From assembly GCA_965216565.1 (NCBI GenBank), contig OZ244170.1, positions 1,984,001-2,048,000 of the forward strand: a DNA stretch of 64,000 bases. The letters run 5' to 3'. Position numbers and translations under genes: made by a program. This document shows, piece by piece, positions 49,519 through 58,719 of the stretch (the first letter of the stretch is position 1; each line of letters opens with the position of its first letter). The DNA comes from Bythopirellula sp. (GTDB lineage: Bacteria > Planctomycetota > Planctomycetia > Pirellulales > Lacipirellulaceae). The notes under the pieces are model-generated. The model ran no database searches. It was not told the origin of the DNA and saw only the letters and a list, made by a program, of their open reading frames with translations.

Positions 49519-51546
49519 ATGCCCTCTATCCTCTGCAAGATCACTCCCCGTGCTTTTCCAATCCTACTGCTCCTTGTGGCAGCCGCCACTTCCTCCGCGG
49601 CTGAACCTCAGAACGACCTGGCGAAGCATGTTCAACCGCTGATTGATAGCCACAAGGGCGAGGTGGGTGCGATGATCAAGCACCTAGAGACGGGCGAAAC
49701 CTTCGCATACCACGCCGACGAACCGATGCCAACGGCGAGCCTAATTAAGTTTCCGCTGATGATTGCCGCTTATCAGGACATTGAGGACGGCAAACTGAGT
49801 TTGGAAAAATCAATCAAGCTCAGCAGCGAAGACAAGGTTCCCGGCTCAGGGGTGCTGACAGCCAGCTTTTCCTCGGGGGCCACATTTCCTTTTAAGGATG
49901 CGATTCACCTCATGATTTCTGTTTCCGACAACACGGCGACAAATCTGGTGATCGATCAAGTCGGGCTTGAGGCCACCGGCAAGCTCATGAAGTCGCTCGA
50001 TTGTCCCAATACTGTGCTGCATTCGAAGGTATTTCGCCGCGACACCTCCATTCACCCCGAGCGTAGCAAGAAATTTGGACTCGGCAGTACCACTGCGGCG
50101 GAGATGGTCCGACTATTAGAAGCCCTGCAGCGCGAGGAATTGGTAAGCCCTGCGGCAAGTAAGAAAATGATCGCGCACATGGCTGCTGTGGGTGGCACCA
50201 CAAAAATCCCCCGCTTCCTGCCACCTGGGACACGAGTGGTTCATAAGACAGGCTCTGTCTCTGCTTCGCGGACCGATGCCGGGATTATCCATAGCCCCGC
50301 GGGACCCATCGCTGTTTGCGTGTTAACTAACGATAACGAAGATCGCGGGTGGGCCAACGACAATGCGGGCGACATGCTCTGTTCGACGATTGCCAAGGCG
50401 GCGTACGACTATTTCAATGCTGATGAAGAAGAGCCCGAAGCGGATAACACCCTCCGTGTCGGTTCTAGCGGGCTGCTGGTCGAGTCGCTGCAGCGGACGC
50501 TCAATGCTAAGCTAAAACCGTCGCCCAGCCTGGGGGTCGATGGAGACTTCGGCCCCATGACAGAACGGGCCGTCAAAGCTTTTCAAAAATCCAAACAACT
50601 GGACGAGACGGGCAAGGTGGACGCCAAGACCTGGGAAGCACTCGGCACCTTGGTCGAAGAGCAGGAAGCACCGTCCCCAGAACAGATCAATTCGCAAGTT
50701 GTAGAAAAAAAAGATGCCGACGATCTGACCGGCCCCCCTTTCGTGACTTGTAAGGCCTGGGCCATTGGCGATGGCCAGACGGGAGAGTTGCTCTGGGGTT
50801 CAAACCAAAACAAACGTCGCGATATTGCCAGCACCACGAAAATCATGACGGCTTATCTGGTCACTAGTCTGGCGGAGAAAAATCCCGAGGTCCTCCAGGA
50901 GACAATTACGTTTTCTAAACGCGCTGACGATATGCCAGGGTCAACTGCGGGAGTGCGTGCCGGCGAATCACTCCCCGTCGATGAACTTCTCTATGGCCTG
51001 TTGCTACCCTCGGGCAACGACGCCTCAGTGGCATTTGCCGAGCATTTTGGCGATCGGCTCACGCCGGAAGGGCAGGGCGATAGTTACGATCGGTTCATCA
51101 CGGCGATGAATGCCAAGGCACAGGAAATCGGCATGGACGGTACGTCTTTCGCGAATCCGCATGGCTGGCCGCATGAAAATCACTACGGCTGTGCCGCTGA
51201 CCTACTCAAGCTAGGCTACCAAGCTATGCAGCAACCATTGATTCGCAAATACGTCTCGACCATCCAGCACGGTTGCACGGTCACTGGTGCCGAGGGCTAC
51301 AAGCGGAATGTCGCATGGCGAAATAGCAACCGGCTCTTACGTACTGAAGGTTTTGTCGGGGTGAAAACCGGCACCACCAGCGCTGCCGGCGCTTGCCTTG
51401 TTTCCCAGGGAAACCGAGGCGATCGATCTTTGATCGTGGTCGTGCTAGGCTCTAGCTCCACGGACGCACGTTACGCAGACTCACAAAACCTATACCGCTG
51501 GGCCTGGCGTCAGCTAGGTGCCGATCAATCCATCGCTAAGCAATAG
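49519..51546 (+). CDS. Secreted fusion: class A beta-lactamase-like serine hydrolase + PG_binding_1 + S11 D-Ala-D-Ala carboxypeptidase
   Basis: SLIK/SDN/HKTG, then LQRTL...VDGDFGPMTERAVKAFQ...TW, then STTK/SGN/KTG. Confidence 0.88.
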   Translation: MPSILCKITPRAFPILLLLVAAATSSAAEPQNDLAKHVQPLIDSHKGEVGAMIKHLETGETFAYHADEPMPTASLIKFPLMIAAYQDIEDGKLSLEKSIKLSSEDKVPGSGVLTASFSSGATFPFKDAIHLMISVSDNTATNLVIDQVGLEATGKLMKSLDCPNTVLHSKVFRRDTSIHPERSKKFGLGSTTAAEMVRLLEALQREELVSPAASKKMIAHMAAVGGTTKIPRFLPPGTRVVHKTGSVSASRTDAGIIHSPAGPIAVCVLTNDNEDRGWANDNAGDMLCSTIAKAAYDYFNADEEEPEADNTLRVGSSGLLVESLQRTLNAKLKPSPSLGVDGDFGPMTERAVKAFQKSKQLDETGKVDAKTWEALGTLVEEQEAPSPEQINSQVVEKKDADDLTGPPFVTCKAWAIGDGQTGELLWGSNQNKRRDIASTTKIMTAYLVTSLAEKNPEVLQETITFSKRADDMPGSTAGVRAGESLPVDELLYGLLLPSGNDASVAFAEHFGDRLTPEGQGDSYDRFITAMNAKAQEIGMDGTSFANPHGWPHENHYGCAADLLKLGYQAMQQPLIRKYVSTIQHGCTVTGAEGYKRNVAWRNSNRLLRTEGFVGVKTGTTSAAGACLVSQGNRGDRSLIVVVLGSSSTDARYADSQNLYRWAWRQLGADQSIAKQ

Positions 51547-51561
51547 GGACACACATCGCCA

Positions 51562-53262
51562 ATGGAACCACATCCCTATGGTTGGCTCAGTATCATTCCG
51601 CCTTTGGTTGCCATTGCGTTGGCAGTCATTACTCGCAAAGCGACGTTGTCGTTATTGGTAGGAATCTTTTGCGGGGCATTGATCACCTCGGATTGGCATT
51701 TATTCAAGGCGATCTACCAAACCTGTGAAGTCCATCTCTGGCCCACATTCGTGCAACCAGATAAGCTGCGTGTGTTTTCTTTCACACTGCTAATGGGAGG
51801 CATGATTGGTGTGATCTGTCGCTGTGGAGGGATGCAGGGGCTGATTCACTTGCTTTCTCCCTTCGCCAAATCGCGGCGCGGTGGGCAGCTCGTCACATGG
51901 CTTTTAGGGCTGCTCATTTTTTTCGACGACTATGCCAATACCATCCTGCTCGGCGGAACCTTGCGTCCGGTCTGTGATCGGCTCAAAATCTCCCGCGAGA
52001 AGCTTGCTTACCTGGTCGACTCAACCGCGGCTCCTGTGGCGGGACTGTCGCTACTCTCGACTTGGGTGGCTGTGGAAATCGAATACGTCAAAGAGGGCAT
52101 CGAGGGCCTCGGCGCAACTGATCTCAAAGCGATTGATCTTTTTCTCGGCAGTATTCCCTATCGGTTTTATATCCTGGCATCGTTGGCTTTCATCCCCATG
52201 ATTGCCCTCTCAGGACGAGACTTCGGACCGATGCTGAAAGCCGAGCGGCGCCGTCTGCGAGGTAACATCGACCCCCAGCACGATCAGGCGGTCGGTCTTG
52301 AAACGGATTTGGTCGATACTCCAGCCCGCTGGTACAACGCGGTGCTTCCGATCCTCGTTACCCTCGGGGTCGTCATGTGCCTGCTCTATACCACAGGGCT
52401 CAATGAGCTAAGGGCAAACGAGCCAGAGACGACCAGGTCGCTGCGAAATATTCTGGGCGCTGCCAAGTCGAGCTATTCGCTCCAGTATGGTGCCCTGGTT
52501 GGCCTGGGGCTCTCGCTTTTTCTGGCGAGAGCGCAAAAGCTGGTCCCTTGGCCAGAGTTGATGGACGCCGCCGGGAAGGGTGCGAGGATTGTTTTGCCAG
52601 CCATCGCAATCCTCTGGTGCGCTTCGGCTTTGTCGCGAATGACCTCGAATAAATCTGTCGAGGGCGAACCGACCCCAGCCAATGCTGCCTACAAGTTCAA
52701 GGATCATCGACTCTATACCGGCGACTACCTGGCCGATTCGATTCTGGGAACATCCACCGAGGAAGGCGACGACCCGGAAACGAAAGCCGGTACGATGCTC
52801 AAGCTGTTTCCTACACTAGTCTTTCTCCTAGCCGCCGCACTTTCCTTCGCCACGGGCACCAGCTTTGGGACTATGGGGATTCTGCTGCCGATGGTTATCT
52901 CGCTAGGCTATGCGCTATTGGGGGGAGATGCCTCAGCGGTGCAGGCTAGCAGTCCGATACTCCTGGCCTCGGTGGGCAGTGTGCTTGCCGGAGCGGTGTT
53001 TGGAGATCATTGCTCTCCCATTTCCGATACGACAATTCTTTCTTCACAGTCGTGTGTCTGCAATCATGTCGCACACGTGATGACCCAAATTCCCTACGCG
53101 CTACTAGTTGCTGGGGTAAGCGTACTTCTTGGCACCTTGCCTATCGGTTTCGGAGTATCGGTTTGGGTGCTGCTGCCGATCCAGGTCGTTGTCTTGGCAC
53201 TGCTACTCTTCATGCTGGGAAAGAAAACAGAAGATGACTCCGGAGAACTGGACGCTGCCTAA
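51562..53262 (+). CDS. NhaC-family transporter (possibly an amino-acid carrier)
   Basis: FFDDYAN, SREKLAYLVDSTAAP, GTSFGT, GAVFGDHCSPISDTT. Confidence 0.88.
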   Translation: MEPHPYGWLSIIPPLVAIALAVITRKATLSLLVGIFCGALITSDWHLFKAIYQTCEVHLWPTFVQPDKLRVFSFTLLMGGMIGVICRCGGMQGLIHLLSPFAKSRRGGQLVTWLLGLLIFFDDYANTILLGGTLRPVCDRLKISREKLAYLVDSTAAPVAGLSLLSTWVAVEIEYVKEGIEGLGATDLKAIDLFLGSIPYRFYILASLAFIPMIALSGRDFGPMLKAERRRLRGNIDPQHDQAVGLETDLVDTPARWYNAVLPILVTLGVVMCLLYTTGLNELRANEPETTRSLRNILGAAKSSYSLQYGALVGLGLSLFLARAQKLVPWPELMDAAGKGARIVLPAIAILWCASALSRMTSNKSVEGEPTPANAAYKFKDHRLYTGDYLADSILGTSTEEGDDPETKAGTMLKLFPTLVFLLAAALSFATGTSFGTMGILLPMVISLGYALLGGDASAVQASSPILLASVGSVLAGAVFGDHCSPISDTTILSSQSCVCNHVAHVMTQIPYALLVAGVSVLLGTLPIGFGVSVWVLLPIQVVVLALLLFMLGKKTEDDSGELDAA

Positions 53263-53360
53263 CGTCCTGCCAACCACGAATAGATCAGAAAAAACACGAC
53301 CAACGACTGTCCTTTACCAGCAATTCATGGTCACAAGAAAACCAAACTCTCAAACAAAAA

Positions 53361-54608
53361 ATGATCAAACGCAATCGTAGCACAGTCTCGCTGAGCACGT
53401 CATTACTTGTGGCTTTCCTAGCGACGTCGCTTCCGAACTGCCGTCTGCACGCCGAGGAAGCAGGCCGCGGGCCTGTGGTGCTCACAGACAAAGCTCGCCA
53501 ACTCCACACACGGGCGCTGGTGGTTGATGGCCATAACGACTTGCCTTGGGAATTGCGGGCCCAAGGCTCGCTCTCTTTCGAACGGCTCGACTTATTGAAA
53601 CCAATCGAAACACTCCACACCGATATTCCCCGCCTGCGGCAGGGAGGTGTCGGAGCCCAGTTCTGGTCAGTCTATGTGCCTGCCAGCACGGCTTACGATG
53701 GCACAGCATTGGTGGCGACGCTGGAGCAAATCGAACTGATCCACGCCATGATCGACCGTTACCCCGAAACATTTGAATTGGCTTTAACGGTCGACGACAT
53801 CCAGCGCATCCACTCTGCCGGCAAAATCGCTTCGCTGCTTGGCGTGGAAGGGGGCCACTGCATCGAAAATTCTCTGAATGTCCTCAATCAGCTTTATCGC
53901 CTAGGTGCTCGGTACATGACGCTGACACACTCCGATTCGCTCGACTGGGCCGACTCCGCGACGGACGAGCCCAAAAGCGGCGGCCTCAGCCAGTTTGGGG
54001 AAGAAGTGGTACAGGAGATGAACAAGCTTGGCATGCTGGTCGATCTTTCGCACGTCTCCGACGATGCCATGAAAGATGCGATTCGCGTTACCAAGGCACC
54101 GATCATCTTTTCGCACTCTTCGGCAAGAGCCATCGCCGACCATCCCCGCAATGTGACCGACGAAGTGCTCAAGCTCACTCGCGACAACGGCGGAGTTGTC
54201 ATGGTCAACTTCTATTCAGCCTACGTCGTACCCAGTGCCGCGAAGCGCAGTTACGACCGTCTTAAGAAAGAGCAAGAACTAAAGAAAACGCTCGACGACG
54301 TCGCCGTCAGGGCTGCACTGCGAAAGTGGGAAGCTGGCCGCAAGATGGAACCCGGCACCATTCACGACATGATCGACCATATCGACCACATCGTCCAAGT
54401 TGCCGGCATCGATCATGTCGGTTTGGGTTCCGACTACGATGGCGTGAGCGTGTTGCCCAAGCAAATCGAAGACGTCAGCAGCTACCCCTACATCACACAA
54501 GCACTCCTCGATCGTGGCTACAACGAGGACGAGATCCTGCAAATCCTGGGCGGCAACTTGGTGCGGGTGATGCGACAGGCCGAGCAAGTGGCTAAGGAGC
54601 TGCAGTAG
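53361..54608 (+). CDS. Membrane dipeptidase (peptidase M19), secreted
   Basis: DGHND, GVEGGH, TLTH, DLSH, SHS, HPRN, GSDYDG. Confidence 0.92.
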   Translation: MIKRNRSTVSLSTSLLVAFLATSLPNCRLHAEEAGRGPVVLTDKARQLHTRALVVDGHNDLPWELRAQGSLSFERLDLLKPIETLHTDIPRLRQGGVGAQFWSVYVPASTAYDGTALVATLEQIELIHAMIDRYPETFELALTVDDIQRIHSAGKIASLLGVEGGHCIENSLNVLNQLYRLGARYMTLTHSDSLDWADSATDEPKSGGLSQFGEEVVQEMNKLGMLVDLSHVSDDAMKDAIRVTKAPIIFSHSSARAIADHPRNVTDEVLKLTRDNGGVVMVNFYSAYVVPSAAKRSYDRLKKEQELKKTLDDVAVRAALRKWEAGRKMEPGTIHDMIDHIDHIVQVAGIDHVGLGSDYDGVSVLPKQIEDVSSYPYITQALLDRGYNEDEILQILGGNLVRVMRQAEQVAKELQ

Positions 54609-56364
54609 CTTCTTGCAGTTCTCGGCTGCCACTGCGGCTCCCGCTCTCCGCTTTCCGCTTTCCGTACCCCACTTTTCCCTGCACGCGAGGATCGTGCACG
54701 CCGACCATCTGCCCACTGTCGTCCAGACCAATAGCCTGGGTCACACCGCTGGAAGAAATCGTCTTTATCTGGTGGCCCAGCTTTTCCAGCCCTGAAACGA
54801 TTGTCGGGGACGCTTTGCGTTCGATCAGCACGTGGTCCGGCTTCCATTGATGATGAAACCTGGCTCCCGTGATCGCATCTTCTAAGCTTTGCCCGCGGTC
54901 CAAGGTACGCACCAGTGCCAACAGCACTTGGGTAATGATTTTCGGCCCACCGGCTGCGCCCACCGTCAGCACAGGTTGGTCGTCAGAATCGAGCACGATC
55001 GTGGGGCTCATGCTGGAGAGTGGACGTTTCCCAGCTGCTACCGCGTTGTTCTCTGCGCCAATTAACCCAAAGGCATTTGGCACGCCCGGCTGGCTAGAGA
55101 AGTCGTCCATCTCGTTGTTCAATACCAACCCCGTACCAGGAACAATTACCTTTGAGCCAAAGGTCGTATTCACCGTGGCGGTGATCGCTACCCAGGTGCC
55201 GTCGCTATCGGCGGCCGCGATGTGCGTCGTGTGCCGCTCGAACAGCGCTGCGCTGAACTTCAGGGGGTCGCCTTGGCCGGGAACTGGGGTCGCCGCAGCG
55301 GGATCGATCCTTCCAGCCAGTTCTTTGGCATAGTCTTCCGACACCAGCCCTGCGGGGACATCTGCATAGTCGGGATCGCCCAGCCAATATGCCCGATCGG
55401 CAAATGCCAACTTCATCGCCTCGATTATGATGTTCGTTGCGCGAACTTGATCCTGCTGAAACTCCTGACTCAAATCGAACGTCTCCAGGATGTTCAATAT
55501 CTGGGCAACATGCACACCACCTGAGCTGGGTGGCGGGAAGCCGAGAATCTTCCATTCACGGTAGCTGCTAATAATCGGCTGCCGCTGGACCGGATGGTAA
55601 TTGGCAAAGTCATCTGCAGTGACAATGCCGCCATTCTCGGCCATCCAGCCGGCGATCGTCTCTGCGAACTCACCTCGGTAGAACCAGTCGGGGCCTCGAT
55701 CCGCAATTTGGCGGTAAGTTCTCGCCAGGTCGGGCTGCCGCAGGATCTCGCCCTCTGTGTACACACTGCCGTCGGGTTTCAGCAACGCTGCTTTACTGCC
55801 TGGAAACCGGGCCAGGGTATCCGCCGTTCTGGCAAGCTTTCCGGCATAGCTGCGATCGATGGCAAAACCCTTCTCGGCAATATCAGCCGCAGGCCGCAGA
55901 AGATCGGGCAAGGTTAGTTCACCGGAAGTTTTGAGAGCCAGCTGATAGGCGGCCAGCGCGCCGGGCACACCAACAGCAAGTGGCCCCGTGGTGCTTAGCT
56001 GAGGATCGGCGACGCCGTCGCGGAGATACATATCATGCCGTGCAGCCGCAGGCGCCATTTCACGCCCATCAATGGCAACGATGCTTCCATCCGCCTCGCG
56101 AATCAGAATGAAGCAACCACCGCCCAAACCGGAATTATGATTGTCTACCACTCCCAAAGTAATTGCCGCAGCGATGGCGGCATCCACAGCATTGCCACCT
56201 CGCTCGAAGGCCGCTACACCAGCGTCCGTCGCATGCGGCTGAACGGCTGCTACAACGCATTCACCAGCTGCAGTTTTCTGCCCTTGCCAGACAAAGCTAC
56301 AAACAAGCAGCCAAGCAAAAATTGGGGACGTGGAAAGTAAAGCGCTGCGGTCGAAATTGGTCAT
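54592..56364 (-). CDS. ggt: Gamma-glutamyltransferase
   Basis: GGNAVDAA, DGRE, PPPSSGG, TTH (catalytic Thr), NNEMDDF, RPLSSMSP, GAAGG. Confidence 0.93.
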   Translation of the reverse strand: MTNFDRSALLSTSPIFAWLLVCSFVWQGQKTAAGECVVAAVQPHATDAGVAAFERGGNAVDAAIAAAITLGVVDNHNSGLGGGCFILIREADGSIVAIDGREMAPAAARHDMYLRDGVADPQLSTTGPLAVGVPGALAAYQLALKTSGELTLPDLLRPAADIAEKGFAIDRSYAGKLARTADTLARFPGSKAALLKPDGSVYTEGEILRQPDLARTYRQIADRGPDWFYRGEFAETIAGWMAENGGIVTADDFANYHPVQRQPIISSYREWKILGFPPPSSGGVHVAQILNILETFDLSQEFQQDQVRATNIIIEAMKLAFADRAYWLGDPDYADVPAGLVSEDYAKELAGRIDPAAATPVPGQGDPLKFSAALFERHTTHIAAADSDGTWVAITATVNTTFGSKVIVPGTGLVLNNEMDDFSSQPGVPNAFGLIGAENNAVAAGKRPLSSMSPTIVLDSDDQPVLTVGAAGGPKIITQVLLALVRTLDRGQSLEDAITGARFHHQWKPDHVLIERKASPTIVSGLEKLGHQIKTISSSGVTQAIGLDDSGQMVGVHDPRVQGKVGYGKRKAESGSRSGSRELQEATAAP

Positions 56365-56578
56365 TGCGTTTCTTGAGCCCATAGTTTGTCGGCAGAGGAA
56401 AATATAAATGTAAGGCAAATGCTAGTTTGCTTGCTAAGAATCTAGCAGAGATTCTGTCCCTGAGGGAAAGAGAACTACGGAAGGTGTATCGGTCCGCTCT
56501 CGAATGACAGCCTTGACTCCGCAAGCTTCGGAGGACATTCTGACACTCTGCAGACATAGTGGAATCTTTCCATCCATT

Positions 56579-56627
56579 TGCGCAGGATTTTCACTTAGTA
56601 TGCGCATTTCCGTGATCTTTTCTCGCA
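56579..56627 (+). promoter_or_regulatory. Putative operator (three boxes) between divergent ggt and the lipoprotein-DUF1559 genes
   Basis: TGCGCA (56579), TGCGCA (56601), CTCGCA (56622); periods of 22 and 21 bp. Confidence 0.65.
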
Positions 56628-56666
56628 TTAGTATTGCGAAATACACGCTTCTTTTTAGATTGAAAT

Positions 56667-57185
56667 ATGGAGGAGGTGGCTAACTTTACGGGGACATGTC
56701 TCTTGCAACGCGTCAGCCACAAACTAACAATTACTTATCTCAATACTTTCAAGTTCTTGGCGCTAACCTGTGCCTTGATCTGCTGCCAAATCGGTTGCAA
56801 TGCAACGCAAGAAACCTCGGGGCGGGCCGCGTCCGAAGCCCCGCTACGTTTCTTGGGACGATTATTGATTGGGTATTCGCGAGACCATCGTGGTGCGAAT
56901 CCCGGCTCGAATGACGAATTTCTGGAGTACCTCGAGGAAAACAGGTCTCAGTGGACAGACGATGCATCGGCTTCAGCCGCAGACCTATTGGTCTCGCCTT
57001 ACGATGGCAAACCGATGGTGATCGTCCCGAAAAACCAGACCGGTCCCGCGGGACCTACCGGCTACAAGATCATTGCCTTTGAAAGCGAAGGCTCTGGTAC
57101 CAAACGCTGGACCATCAACGAGCGTGGCGGCATTGTTGAGTTAGAAAACCAAGAACTGAGTCAATTATTTCCCAAACTGTTGTGA
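56667..57185 (+). CDS. Hypothetical lipoprotein preceding DUF1559
   Basis: Hydrophobic stretch and QIGC lipobox-like motif. Stop overlaps the next start. True start uncertain. Confidence 0.6.
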   Translation: MEEVANFTGTCLLQRVSHKLTITYLNTFKFLALTCALICCQIGCNATQETSGRAASEAPLRFLGRLLIGYSRDHRGANPGSNDEFLEYLEENRSQWTDDASASAADLLVSPYDGKPMVIVPKNQTGPAGPTGYKIIAFESEGSGTKRWTINERGGIVELENQELSQLFPKLL

Positions 57186-58315
57186 GTTACGCCATGGAAC
57201 AAGCGAAACTACAAGCCAATACACCGACGAAACGTGCGTTCACCCTCGTAGAACTTCTGGTGGTGATTGCGATTATCGGCGTCCTGGTTGCGTTGTTACT
57301 GCCTGCTGTACAAGCTGCCCGCGAAGCCGCTCGCCGGGCTCAATGCAAGAATCAACTCAAGCAAATCGGGCTCTCCTGCCAGAACTTTGTGGGCGCGAAA
57401 GAAGTATTTCCTACGGGCGGAGACGCCATATTTCCGGACATCAGTGATTATGTCGAGGGGGGAAAGCCGCTGGGCCCCGAAAAGCAGGGCCTGAGCTGGG
57501 CATACCAGATACTCCCCTACCTGGAACAAGGCCCTTTGTTCGGCATTACGACCCAGCGCGCACTCCAGGAAGTCACTGTCCCGATGTACTACTGTCCTTC
57601 ACGGCGTAGCCCGGTTGTGTCTGAGGCAATCATCCATGCCGGCCGCAGCGTTTCTCTTATGGACTACGCGGGTGCGATCCCCTGTGGGTATCCGTCCTAC
57701 GATGACTGGGTCGACGGCACGAACAGAATCTTCCCTGAAGACTCTCCGAACAGAACGCGAGGCGGCGGTACATTTCCCACGAACAGAGAACTGTTTTTCG
57801 GTGGGAATAGTGGCTCCGCGAACATCTTAGAGGTACCGAATAATGAAGTCTATCTAGGCGTGATAACACGCACGCCCTCGAAAATTGTGCCTGCAGGACG
57901 CGGCAATCCCGTACCAACCCACAGGAGGCTGGATAAAGTTACGCTTCCGGTCTCTATGGCAATGATTACTGATGGCACTAGCAATACGATGCTGGTCGCC
58001 GAGAAGTTTATCCGTCCCGACTTGTACGACGGCGGTAGCTACTCCGACGACCAAGGCTTTTCTGATGGCTGGGACCCCGACGTCATGCGGTCAACCTGTG
58101 TAAGACCGCTGCAAGATACACAGACGGGAACGCCGGACGATAAGTATGGTTTCGAAGCAGACGTGATTTACTTCGGGTCGGCCCATCCTGGAGGATTCAA
58201 CGCCGTCTTTGCCGATGGTTCCGTCCATACAATCAACTATGAAGTGAACTCAGATTTATTCGATCGCATTGGAGACCGACAAGACGGAGAATTGACAGAC
58301 TTGGGTCAGTTGTAG
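57182..58315 (+). CDS. DUF1559 prepilin-type protein
   Basis: [34 protein letters not shown]. Confidence 0.95.
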   Translation: MSYAMEQAKLQANTPTKRAFTLVELLVVIAIIGVLVALLLPAVQAAREAARRAQCKNQLKQIGLSCQNFVGAKEVFPTGGDAIFPDISDYVEGGKPLGPEKQGLSWAYQILPYLEQGPLFGITTQRALQEVTVPMYYCPSRRSPVVSEAIIHAGRSVSLMDYAGAIPCGYPSYDDWVDGTNRIFPEDSPNRTRGGGTFPTNRELFFGGNSGSANILEVPNNEVYLGVITRTPSKIVPAGRGNPVPTHRRLDKVTLPVSMAMITDGTSNTMLVAEKFIRPDLYDGGSYSDDQGFSDGWDPDVMRSTCVRPLQDTQTGTPDDKYGFEADVIYFGSAHPGGFNAVFADGSVHTINYEVNSDLFDRIGDRQDGELTDLGQL

Positions 58316-58360
58316 CAAAGGGCTGTCAACGCAATTTCCCGCTAAATATAAGCTTAGAAT

Positions 58361-58387
58361 TGCGCAACGAAGTATCACAACCGCGCA
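58361..58387 (+). promoter_or_regulatory. Putative operator upstream of PEP-CTERM gene 58720
   Basis: TGCGCA (58361) and CGCGCA (58382), 21-bp period. Confidence 0.65.
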
Positions 58388-58719
58388 GCTATTATCGCTC
58401 AGAGAGGCCAGACTGTCGAACTTCAAATGGCTTTTCCGTAAATGTCATCGGAAACCGCCAAGTTACTGATAAGATTCTTGAATAGAAATCCATAAGTTAT
58501 TAGTGTAGGAGTAACTTGCTGGCGGGCGAATTAGGCACTTTTTTCACCCCAAGCACACTTTTCGTGATGCCGATTTTTCTTATCGCCGGCAACAATTGAT
58601 TAACAACTTTGACCGTAGGAGTTTCTTGCTTTATTGACTTTTGTCTTGGCAGCTAACGCATTTACTTTGCCTTGCTTGCTTTGGAATTCATTTTGTGTTT
58701 TGCAGATGGGAGTTGTCTT

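Noticed and set aside
24247..51546. Beta-lactam resistance island
   Set aside because: The SxxK domains are fused to wall-processing domains, and there are no mobile elements; resistance cannot be claimed from motifs alone.
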